Of a stretch of DNA of 64,000 nucleotides, positions 25,894 through 37,711 are shown in pieces. Origin of the DNA: Eledone cirrhosa (taxonomy: Eukaryota); NCBI GenBank assembly GCA_964016885.1, contig OZ024740.1, forward strand, positions 157,914,001 to 157,978,000. The letters run 5' to 3'. The translations under genes and the position numbers were made by a program. Under the pieces are notes generated by a model, which was given only the letters and a program-made list of their open reading frames with translations, ran no database searches and was not told the origin of the DNA. The stretch's first letter is position 1; the number at the start of each line of letters is the position of its first letter.

Positions 25894-26748
25894 TCTCTCT
25901 TTCTCTCGATCTAAATATATATACTATGTATGTATACGTATAAACAAATAAGTATTGTGTTTATGCGTGGTTGTGTGTGTATATATACATATATTCAGGG
26001 TATATTCAAGTATGTTTCATTAACGCATTAACTCCGGGGAAACACCTTCTCCATTCTGTCCGCCAGGGCTGTGGTGCGGCCAGAAGGTGAGACCCCATTT
26101 GCTCACATTACAGAAAGATGGGGAGGGCGAGAGAGATGGAGATGATGACAGTGGGAGTTCGGCTCTTCCGTATTCGGACACAGTGGTAAGCACAGCGAAT
26201 GACAACCGTCACGAATGATCGATCATTGTCTAAAATATTGCTGATAATTATTGTATTGACTATCACACAGCTTGAATAGTTTACCGTTTTTATAAATTAA
26301 AATGTGTAAAAGAGGGACAAAACTCTTATCGATTCGTGTATTAAGTAGATTAAAGTTATGTCCCTTACAACATTATTTTTGTACGTATGATGTATATAAG
26401 AATGGTAATCATATAATCCCTATTTCTGTCTTAAGCTGACTCGTGTGTGTGTGCGTGCGTGCGTGCGCACGCGCGTTTGTGTGTATGTATGTAGGGGGCA
26501 TTAGAGCGTTGGATATTTGTTCTGCTTCTCTGCATTCTGAGTTCAAATCCCACCGAGTTTCTTTTCACTTTTCCTTCTTTCGGGATCGATAAAGAAAGTA
26601 CCAGCCCAGTGTGTGCTTTTCTATAAGTATGTCTTGTCTTGTGATATAACCACCAACGTATGTTTCTGAATGTATGTATGTATGTATGTATGTATGTATG
26701 TATGTATGTATGTATGTATGTATGTATGTATGTATGTATGTATGTATG

Positions 26749-28535
26749 TTCTTCTGGTTTTATAATTTTATATATCGGTTTCTAATATAGACATAAGAGT
26801 CTTTCATTGGAATTTAGACAACATCGACTAGGTAGATACGTATGCATGTCTGAATTCATGTGTGTGCAGGTATAGATGTTATTGTATGGGTGGATGTAGA
26901 TATTATATGTGTGCACATACTGTACATGCAGTTATTAGCTGTAGAATTTTTGGAATGTTTTAAATATTTTTACTATTCCAATGGATCGTTCCATTAATAG
27001 ATTGTACTTGTAATTTTCTAACTAGTTGTGTTCTTTCTGTTTCTGTGAAGCCCAGCTTCTCAAGATTTGTACTGAAGCAGTTACTAACATATCCCAGTGC
27101 CCCAATAATCTCAGGTATAAATCTGAAGGTATAGTCAGGGGGGAGTATCTGTAGATCCCTCATTAGTTCTGCATAGATATTCTCCTTTACGCTAATCTTT
27201 AATATGTAATATATCATGTAAATACAGTTTAATAGAAAAAGAAACAAAAAAAGAAAATTAAGATTGAGAAGAAAGAATGGAATAATGTAAAATTGGAAAA
27301 TATAAAGAAAAAAGAGAATAAGAAAGAAAATACGGGAAGGAGAAGGAATGACAAGGACTCTAGTATCACAGAAGAATGGAGAGGGGGAAGGGTGGGGTGG
27401 GACGATTCGGCTCTGCGCCTAGGGCGCGGCGGTATTATATTGGCATCTGCTGGGCAACTAACTTTCACTACGTTGCATGCCTTCTTTTCTCTGTTCCATA
27501 CAATTATATATGCTCCGTTATGCTTGTATTTTATTGGGGCTTTGACTGGAACAATCCACCAATACTCTTTCATATTATGTATCTATATGTCTTCCACATT
27601 GCTGTAACTTTTAATATGTTTATTGTCGGGCTATCTTTTTAGTGTTTTGTCCACTACATCATGCCTCATAGGTAGATAGTACCACGATGTCATCTTTGGA
27701 CAGCTGTTTATGACATGGTTGACATCTTCGATGTTAATTCTGCTGTGTCTGCAATTGTTTGTCACATCTAGGCATTTTGCCTGCATCTCTTTTGTAAATC
27801 ATGTATTTTGTATTGCTTTCTTGTTCTTGGATTGCAAAAGCATATCCTTTAAAGTGAGAACCAATATAACGGTTCTTGGTCCAAAATAGACTACTTTGTT
27901 TATCTATATTATTCTCACTCTGCAACATATCCATGCATGAGTTTTTTTGTTTGTTTTATAAACATTCAGTTTTTCATACATGGATTCATTGCAGTATTGC
28001 TGGGCAATTTCCTTTGGTGTGAGCTTTTGATTATTATGTAGGGAGTATTTTTTAAGGAGTTCCTTTTCAATTCTCATGATTCTATCTATCTCATGTAGAC
28101 AGACTCTCTCAATAGAGATTCGTAGATATTGTCGGATATGATGCGACACTGAAATGTTGTCTGAATTGATGTTAGGCCTCTTCCTCCCTGCTTACGTTTC
28201 ATGTAGAGGTGGTCTATATCAATGTTGATGTGGAAGTTTCCAGTGTTGTTTAGGATTTTTCGGGGTTTAACATCAATAGCTCGGATTTTTCTATTGTCTA
28301 ATCGAATATTCCAAATGTTGGTGTTAGGACGGGCACAGCAAACACATTGTGAACCATAGTTTTATTGTGTGCAGGTCATCCACAAAGAAGTTATGGATAA
28401 GAATTGTATTTCTGTTCTCCAGTGAACCAATTATGTATCCTTTACATTTCTTGAACAGAATGGACAAGGGGTTTAATGAAAGAATAAATAGTAGCACAGA
28501 GAGCCTGACTCCTTGAAATATACACCTGTGATATT
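26749..28535 (-). mobile_element. Second R4/Dong copy, 5'-truncated and internally deleted
   Basis: IFQGVRLS, HNFFVDDL, KENIYAELMRDLQ..IGALG; 3' end matches 8680-8698 and abuts (TATG)n at 26670-26748. Confidence 0.88.
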
Positions 28536-28539
28536 CAAT

Positions 28540-29168
28540 TTTAAAACGACCTCCACATAAACCAAAAAAGAGGTATAAGGATTTGTTGAACGCCTCCTTG
28601 AAATACGCTAACATCTCTGTTGATACATGGGAAAGCGTAGCTGGTGATCGTAGTAAATGGTGAAAGACTGTACATGAGGGGAAAGTTGCTTTTGAAGCAT
28701 CTCGAATCGCATACGAGAAAGTGATGTCAGGAAAGGCATTGCTGTTACATTTCCAGTCAGCAAAGGTCCTCCTATGGCGCTGACATGCAGCTTTCTATGC
28801 GAGACTCTGCCTCAGCAAAGCTGAACTTAAAAGTCATCTTCGCAGTCATAAAGTGAGACCAGTGATTGAATACCAGGCTGCTGTTGGAGATGCTACTCAT
28901 CATACCTGTCAAGCATAAGGAAAAGAGTGTAGATCAGCAGGAGGGCTCAAACGACATGCAAAAGTACATGAAGACCAGCCACAGCCGGCTATTGCCAGTG
29001 AATGCTTTTATCATGGTTGCCTACTCTGTGCGAGACCTTTTAGATAATTGGCTGGGCTAAAAAGCCACATTCGATCGCAGTACCGTTAATTGTTAATATA
29101 TGTGTTCTTTTTTTTATCGTGCAATGCCCTTACTCGATAACGAGGGGGCAGCCATCACCATCATGTAT
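28540..29168 (+). pseudogene. RTE 3' fragment (same family as 31086-35215)
   Basis: Collinear with 34418-34950 and with the 3' tail. Confidence 0.88.
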
Positions 29169-29214
29169 GTGTGTAATGTATGTATGTATGTATGTATGTA
29201 TGTATGTATGTATG

Positions 29215-29823
29215 TCAGGTGACCACTTGGTGCTACTGGTAACATGTATTCCAGTACAACCTGTCTCATGGTCGGGTCGTTGGCGACTAAACTGGCAACC
29301 CCACCAAGGTTTCTTGGTGAGGAGGGTGACTTTGGACATCCTGCAGGACTAAAAACAAAACCTGTCAAAGGGCAAGGGAGCTCTTAAGAGTCAATAGCCA
29401 TCCAAAATCACCGGGAGAGATGACCCCTTAGCCTTTGTCAAGGCAGAATTCTAGGAGAAGGAAAACTCTGATATAACACCTGCAACCCTGATGGTATCCA
29501 ATGATGTTGACTTGTTCTTCTTTTTGGTAAATATCATCTTGGTTAAGAGAGTGGGACTGGCTTTGTGCAGTGCCTTTGCTCACTATAAAAGCTTCACAGC
29601 ACAGGCATTTCTTTATATCTGGAGATCTCTCTGCACTTGTCATCACATGGTACCATGGGCCCTGCACTATGTGTCAATAATGGTCACAAGTGTAGTCTTT
29701 GTACCAGAGTTTTCAAGTCGCTGGCTGGACTAAAAAGTCACATTCGTTCAGCGCATCGGTAGGGGTTCTCCTACATGGATATAAAGTAGTGGCCGTACTC
29801 GAAAACGAGTTGGCAGCCACCAT
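29215..29823 (+). mobile_element. Non-autonomous RTE-derived SINE-like element (second copy)
   Basis: Reverse complement of 4112-4720; flanked by (TATG)n. Confidence 0.85.
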
Positions 29824-29974
29824 GTATGTATGTATGTATGTATGTATATATGTATGTATGTATGTATGTATGTCACTTATACGTACGACATACACACACG
29901 CGCACACACACATACATACGCGCGCGCACAGCAACACTCATACATACAAACAAACACACACACGCTACTCACTT

Positions 29975-30046
<72 letters not shown>

Positions 30047-30614
30047 CCGTCAATACTGATACAAGATTACAAGATTATATCAACTGTTGACTTTCAAGAG
30101 TTCGTATAGTTGAAGCCGTTCGTATTTCAGTTCAGTATTATTATAATTGCTTTACAGCATAGAGCTATGGCTCTCTACGCTCTGAGCTCAAATCCCGCCG
30201 AGGTCAACCTTGCCTTTCATCCGGAGTCAACAAAAGAGAGTCAACAAAAAGAGTCAACAAAAGAGAGTACCAGTAATGCGCTGTTCCAGTCGCTAGATCC
30301 GTGCCAAAAGCAGAACAATTATTATTATTAAAGTTGTTTTCTTAAGGCCCGGTCGCTGGTGATGGTGATGGCGGCAGTGGTGGTGGTGGTGGCAGTTGAT
30401 GTTGTTGTTGTATTGTGTGTGTGTGTGTGTGTTTTGTTATTTTGATTTTTTTTTTTTTCTTTTCCTTTTTTTATCGTTTGATGCCGCTGTTGTTGTTGTT
30501 GTAAATGTTCATTTCAATTCATTCTGAAGCTGTTGTTGCTGTAAACATTAGTGCCGGTGTTGTTGTTGTAGATGTTGGGGTTGAAATCTGGTCGTTTGAC
30601 TGAGTGATGTATAT

Positions 30615-30650
<36 letters not shown>

Positions 30651-31085
30651 ATTCAACACAGAGTAGAGAGTTTGACAACAGGTTGATGACTTTAGTCTAG
30701 ATAGGGTAATGGCATGTGATGGTGGGGAGAGAGTGTAGACGTTATTGTGGTGGTGGGGACAGTGAGATGTATCTAGTTCATTTGACCGTTTTCTTCTCTT
30801 TGCAAAATTTGAATTTTAGCCATGTTATATTGAGATGTAAGTAAATGTAAAATGTAAAATATAAATAAGGATTGCTCTGGTAAAATATAGGAAAATACTT
30901 GTGTAACTTCCACAAATTCTGTCGTGACATTCCCGAGTCCAGTGACCAAAAAATTGTTGTATTTTGATGTTTCAGAATACAAAAAATGAATTAAAAAGTG
31001 AGTTTTTTTTTGGGGGGGGGGGGGGGGGGGGGGGGGTTCTGCGCGGGACATAGAAATAATCGGGCTGGATGCCCGATCGCGCAGT

Positions 31086-34000
31086 TAAACCACTGGGAGT
31101 GAAGAACCCCTAGCCCCTGTCAGGGCATTCTTCTAGGAGAAGGCATCTCAGGAAACTGGGTTAACTCCGACATAAAAAAAAGCGGCTCAGTAGTTACCGA
31201 TCATGTTGATCTCTTTTTCTTTTTGGGTTATAGCTACTGTCGCTCAGAGAGTGGGATTGGCTCAGTGCACAGTCTTTCTTCACTTTAAAAATATTCGTTA
31301 CGGACAGGCATTGCACGATTGCATTAATATCAGCCCTTGTGGCCAATAAAGAAATCATTAATTAATAATTATTAATAGTGTATTATTATTATTATTATTG
31401 TTACTATTATTATTACTTTTTTTTTCTTTTTTTTTTCAAAATTCAATGATGTTCCAGAACAATATAAAAGAGATAATTGGCAATTTAGGTTCTGGAACAA
31501 AACAGATAATTGGCAATAAGGGCAGGCGCCCCAGGTTATCACAGCCTGGGCCCGCTCGTCATCATGCCATTGTAATAGAGCCAAACAAGGTATTTAGTCT
31601 TGGCTGCTGGAACGTACGGACGCTGCTAGACAGGAATTCCTTGGAGCGTCCTGGACGAAGGACCGCTCTTGTTGCAAAGGAGCTTCGACGTTACGATCTT
31701 AACATCGTGGCTTTATCTGAGACGAGGTTAGCTGGAGATGGTCATCTTACGGAATTTTGTGGAGAATATACATTCTTCTTGAAAGGAAGAGATGAAGGAA
31801 CCAGAAGAGAGGCTGGGGTAGGATTTGCTGTTAAGACTGTCCTTGTGAATAAATTAGAACAATTCCGAGTAGGGATTAGTGAGCGTCTTATGTCCATGAG
31901 AATTCCGCTGGACAAAGGAAGATATGCGACCCTGGTGAGTGTGCATGCTCCAACTATGAATTCTGTCGATGAAAAAAAGTGTCCTTTTACCATGCCTTGA
32001 AAGGTGTTTTAAGAAATATCCCTCAGGCAGACAAAGTCATCGTGCTTGGTTACTTTAATGCTAGAGTGGGTAGGGATTTTAACACATGGAATGTAATCGG
32101 AAGGCATGGGGTGGGAAAGTGTAACAACAATGGTATGCTCCTGCTGCAGATGTGTGAGGGGCTGGATCTGTGTGTTACCAACACCATGTTCCAACAAAAG
32201 AACAAATTCGAGACCACATGGATGCATCCTGCATCTAAGGAATAACATTTTTTGGACTACGTTCTAGTCAGGATGCGTGACAGACAGGATGTGCAGTGTG
32301 TTCGTGCTCTTCGTGGAGCTGAGTGCTGGACGGACCACCGCCTGGTACGCGCAAAAGTGAAACTAATCACTAAACGTAAAATCCGGGCTCCTGGTGTTGC
32401 CCTGCCCAAAAGATTGAATGCTGCTCGTCTTAAGGATAAAAATGTGAAGAGGACATTGGAAGAAGAGATGCAGGTTGCAGATCTTGGTGAGGATTGGCCG
32501 ACCCTTAAAAAGTCGGTTTATGATGTAGGCAGGCGTGTTCTGGGATTGGTGCAGAGAAAACATCAGGACTGGTTTAATGAGAATGATGTACATATAGAAG
32601 ACTTGTTGGCTGATAAGAGGCGTGCTCTGTCACGCTACTTGACGGCAAAACCACAGGAGAGGAATACGTTGCGTGAGGAACTCAAGGATGTAAAATCACG
32701 TGTTAGGCGGAGTCTTTCTCAGATGAAGGATCAGTGGTGGAGTGAGAAGGCTGGTGAGATACAAACTGCGTCAGATTCCAATAACACAAAGCTGTTGTAC
32801 AGTCTCTTGCGTGAGGTTTATGGACCGTCTTCTTCTCTGGTGACACTGCTTCGCAGCAAGGATGGTAAAGAACTTCTTCGTGACTCACAAGGAATTCAAC
32901 GAAGGTGGCGAGAGCACTTTGATGATCTTTTGAATCAGCCGTCTGTCGTCAATGAAGATTTCCTTAATCTCATTCCAGAAAGTCCTGTGAAAGTAGCTCT
33001 CGCAGAACCTCCGACGCTTGTGGAGGTTGCAGTGGCTATCTCGAAGCTGAACAGTGGAGGATCTCCAGGTATGGATGGCATACAGGCTGATCTCCTACAA
33101 TATGGTGGTGAGAGACTCCTGCAACATCTTCACTCTTTGTTTGGCAGGATATGGGCTCATGAATCCGTACCTGAGGACTGGAGAGATGCAGTAATGGTGG
33201 TCTTGTACAAGGGAAAGAGTAACAGGAATGATTGTGGGAACTACAGAGGTATATCATTGCTTTCTGTCGTAGGGAAAGTTTTATGTAGGGTGCTTCTGGA
33301 CCGTCTGCTGACACACATTGCAGATTGTGTTCTTCCTGAAAGTCAATCTGGACTCCGCACTACTGATATGATCTTCTCAGCTAGACAGCTCCAGGAGAAG
33401 TGCATGGAACAAGGTTTGGATCTGTATCAGGTTTTTGTCGATCTGACAAAAGCTTTCGATACTGTTAACAGAAATGCGTTATGGAAGGTTCTCCAGAAAC
33501 TTGGTTGCCCTGATAAGTTCCTTGCTTTAGTTAGGTCTTTCCATGACGACATGAAGGCTTGGGTTAATGTCGGAGCCTATCTCAGTAAAAAATGGAGTGA
33601 AACAGGGGGATATTCCAGCACCGACCCTGTTTGTCATATACTTTGCAATGGTTTTCTGTATTGCATTCAGGAATTGCGAGCATGGTGTTAACATCCGATA
33701 TCGAACCTCAGGCAGCATATTTAACATCAGGCGCTTTGCTGCAAAGACAAAAGTATTTACATCAATCATAAGAGACCTCTTGTATGCAGATGATTGCGAT
33801 CTTGTAGCGCACACAGAGAGTGATATGCAGCACATTTTGAATGTATTTTCTGACGCTTGCACTGCCCTAGGATTGACTGTCAGTCTCAAGAAAACCGTCG
33901 TCATGTACCAACCTGCCCCTGGTAAGCAGTACAGTGAACCAAATATCTATGTGTATGGTAGACGACTTGAAGTGGTTGATCAGTTTGTCTATCTGGGAAG

Positions 34001-35082
34001 CACTGTCAATCGATACAGCAACCTTGATAGTGAAATCTCACTTAGGATTAGGAAAGCAAATGATTCTTTCGGAAAGCTAGAAAGGCGACTCTGGGGTCGG
34101 CGAGACATATGCAAGAAGACAAAGGTAAATGTGTACAAGGCATGTGTGCTCTCTTCTCTTTTTTATGCCTGCGAGACCTGGGTCACATATCGACACCACC
34201 TTAAGCAATTGGAGTGTTTCCATCAGATGTGTCTCAGACGGATCCATGGCGTTCACTGGAGGGACCACATCAGTGATATCGAGATTTTGGAAAGCTCTAT
34301 GTGTGACAGTATAGAAGCTCTTGTGCTTAAGCAACGACTCCGTTGGAGTGGTCACCTTGCCAGGATGAAGGATTCTAGAATACCAAAACAACTCTTTTAT
34401 GGAGAGTTAGTTAAAGGAAAACGACCGCCACATAAACCAAAAAAGAGGTATAAGGATTCCTTGAAAGCCTCTTTGAAAGACGCTAACATCTCTACTGATA
34501 CATGGGAAAATATTGCTGCTGATCGTAATAAATGGAGAAAGACTGTATATGAGGGAAAAGTTGCCTTTGAGGCATCTCGAATCGCATACGAGAAAGTAAA
34601 GTGGGATGTGAGGAAGGGCATTGCTGTTGCACTTCCAGACGGAGAGGGTCCTCCTATGGTGCTGACATGCAGCGTCTGTGCGAGACTCTGCCTAAGCAAA
34701 GTCATCTTCGCAGTCATAAAGTAAGACCAGTGGTTGACTACCAGGCTGCTGTTGGAGATGCTACTCATCACGTTTGCCAAGCATGTGGTAGAGAATGTAA
34801 ATCAGCAGGAGGGCTCAAACGACATGCAAAAGTACATGAACTCCAACTACAGCCGGCTATTCCCAGTGAATGTTTTGGTTGCCGACTCTGTGCAAGACAT
34901 TTTAGATCATTGGCTGGGCTAAAAAGCCACATTCGATCGCAGCGCTGTTAGTTGCTATAGTGTGTGTGTGTGTATAGATATGTTTATGTGTGCGCGTGTG
35001 TGTGTATGTGTATATATATATGTATATTATTATTGTTGTTATTATTATTATTGTTATTAATATATAGGTATATATGTATATG

Positions 35083-35166
<84 letters not shown>

Positions 35167-35215
35167 TTCTCGTGCAATGGCCATACTCGATAACGAGGGG
35201 GCAGCCATCATGTAT
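31086..35215 (+). mobile_element. Near full-length RTE-clade LINE (APE + RT + C-terminal C2H2 fingers) with a few stops and frameshifts
   Basis: WNVRTL, ALSETRL, G(Y)FNARVG, DYVLV, TDHRLV (APE); GNYRGISLLS, FVDLTKAFDTV, GVKQGD, LYADD (RT); LRWSGHLARM..RIPKQL; 3' tail (TATG)n. Confidence 0.95.
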
Positions 35216-35339
35216 GTATGTATGTATGTATGTATGTCATGTATGTATGTAATGTATGTATGTATGTAATGTATGTATGTAGTGTATGTATGTATGTAAT
35301 GTATGTATGTATGTGTGTGTGTATGTATGTATGTATTGC

Positions 35340-36300
35340 CTAACGGTAGTCGCACGAACCAATCAACCAATGAAGTGTCACGTTCTTTCGTTTGCTCGTT
35401 TTGTCGTTCTGATGTGTAAAACCTCAGGTGGATGTTGCCTCGTGGTCATAGCAGAGAGAATTGAAAAGATGTTACTCCGAAATGTAGCAAGGAATATATG
35501 GTAAAAGAGTCACTCCAACTTGTGGGTTTCATTCTTGCGGTTGGCCAACACGTTCGAAGAGAAACTTATCGGAAATCGGCCGGTACTTCAACAATTTGTG
35601 ATCTTCAACTTGTTGGGAAACAAAACCTCGGTCAGCCATTGAATTTGTCATGTTTCTGCTGGAGAAAGTATCGTTGTATATTGCGTCTCAAATAAGTGTG
35701 TTATACCACAGAGTGGCAAGATTGCGACGCTATCTGGTCTTTCGCCGTCTTTCAGTCTAGCTCCATCGGTAAGCTGCGATGAGAAGCCAGCAACGCCCAG
35801 GTCACTGGTAGCGATCAAGTGGTATGGCGTGGGACTCGACTTAAGTGGCATGACAGTGGATGATGACCAAAAACTTCTATCAACAATAGATCTGTCATGC
35901 CATTTGTGTTGCTCGCAGATGCGAAGATCCGGAGACCAGGCCCCGGAGAAACGCCGATACTGCGTTCAGTCAGGCACCACTATGGAGTTGAGAAACAGAA
36001 CGGAAACATGCCAAGCATTGCTGATCAAGCTGGTGCGTAGAGTGTTCAAAGCTCTGCAATGCGTCCTATTTGCGCTTGGGAGATTGAACCCCTCCCCAAA
36101 TGGAAGCCAAGTTGGCTCCATGTGACATAGGCTCAAGCATTCTTATCGACGTAGCCTCCTATGTTTTGGAAATCTAGCGACGGAAAAAATACCAACAATG
36201 CCAAATAAACCAGAAACCGAATACCAAGGTGATGAAAGCATGTGCGCGCAATCTGGCTTGTTGCTAACCGATGTCATGAAATTGGTCGTTGCATATCTTC
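35340..36300 (-). pseudogene. Heavily decayed CRE-like element
   Basis: DGERPDSVAILP resembles DGKRPDGMTIFP of the 17462 element. Confidence 0.5.
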
Positions 36301-36444
36301 TTCGGGCCACGTTGGATGCGGATAAAATGCATGATTATAAAAGGGGGAACTGTGAAAATTATACATAAGTTTCGACACGACGTAGCAGTTCCTCGACTGT
36401 AAGAAGAAAATAGGATGCGCGTCAATCAGACGCATTCTGTTTAC

Positions 36445-36475
<31 letters not shown>

Positions 36476-36521
36476 GTCTTTTATTTATTACGCAATGATA
36501 GAAAACGTCATATACAGCCCA

Positions 36522-36864
36522 TAATCCTTTAGCACTTAAACCGGCCATATCCGGCCAGAATTCTCTCACTTCTTTCTGTTCAAACCGGTTGTAACCAACC
36601 ACTCATACTGATGTTAAGGTATTGTTCTCAAAATAAATAATATCAAAATCTCATAGATTCAATATTATGTGAGGTAATTCTCTTACCGCTTTCTGTTCAA
36701 ACCAGTTGTAACCAGCCACTCATGCTGATGTTAAGGTATTACTATCAAAATAAATAATATCAAAATCTCATCGATTCTATATTATGTGAGACAATTATGT
36801 GAGGTAAAGCCTTTACGATGAAAATATAGTAATAAATATGGAGTATGTAAATGCTAAAGGATTA
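36522..36864. mobile_element. piggyBac-like MITE, diverged, with internal ~120-bp duplication
   Basis: TIRs taatcctttagcactta / taaatgctaaaggatta, resembling TTAACCCT.. termini. Confidence 0.6.
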
Positions 36865-37199
36865 CAGGAAAATGAACAAGAACATAAAAACAACATAACG
36901 CACATACGGAAACACAAAAGGCCACATTCATGTATACATATTATCACATTCATTTTACATATTTGTTTTTAATCAATATTCAGTCACCATTTCATTTATA
37001 AACAAAGCAGAGAAACAATAAGCATAAAACCTTATTCAAATCTCAATGTTTTCAATTATTCAACTGATCGGCAATCATACTGAGCTGTCGTCTTTGAGAT
37101 TTTCATCGATCATATCGGTCCAAATAATTATTTTAATTTGGTACTTATTTTATCGATCATTATTTACTGAAGCACTTCATTAAGGGATAAAAATAAGAA

Positions 37200-37322
37200 C
37201 ACAGAGTACTCGATACTTCGGGTAGTAGAGTGGGTAATATGAAAAGAGTCAGGACCCCCGACAGCTGAGTTCCGGCCGTTTCGACAGCTAGATCCGAACG
37301 CAGCCGTCGGGGTCCTGACTCT

Positions 37323-37361
<39 letters not shown>

Positions 37362-37663
37362 AACGAGTAGGACCCCGACGGCTGAGCTCAAGCCGTTTCG
37401 ACGGCTAATTCTGGATGCCGATACTGCGTTCAGTCAGGCACCACTATGGAGTTGAGAAACAGAACGGAAACATGCCAAGCATTGCTGATCAAGCTGGTGC
37501 GTAGAGTGTCCAAAGCTCTGCAATGCGTCCAGAATTAGCCGTCGAAACAGCTTGAGCTCAGCCGTCGGGGTCCTACTCGTTCCTATTACCCACTCTACTA
37601 CCCTAAGTATTGAGTACTTTGGTGCGTTATGGTCCACCTGGTTCCTTACCACATTTCCTTCGT

Positions 37664-37694
<31 letters not shown>

Positions 37695-37711
37695 CGAAGG
37701 AAATGTGGTAA
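37200..37711. repeat. Nested inverted-repeat complex upstream of a PLE
   Basis: Hairpin 37237-37330; arms 37357-37418 / 37525-37586; outer arms ~37203-37238 / 37585-37620; short arms 37646-37663 / 37694-37711 around (TA)n. Confidence 0.85.

Noticed and set aside
31012-31084. Poly-G run and GC hairpin (ctgcgcg..atcgggc/gcccgat..cgcgcag) before the RTE as a G-quadruplex or ribozyme
   Set aside because: Homopolymer length is unreliable and the hairpin fits no ribozyme topology I can establish
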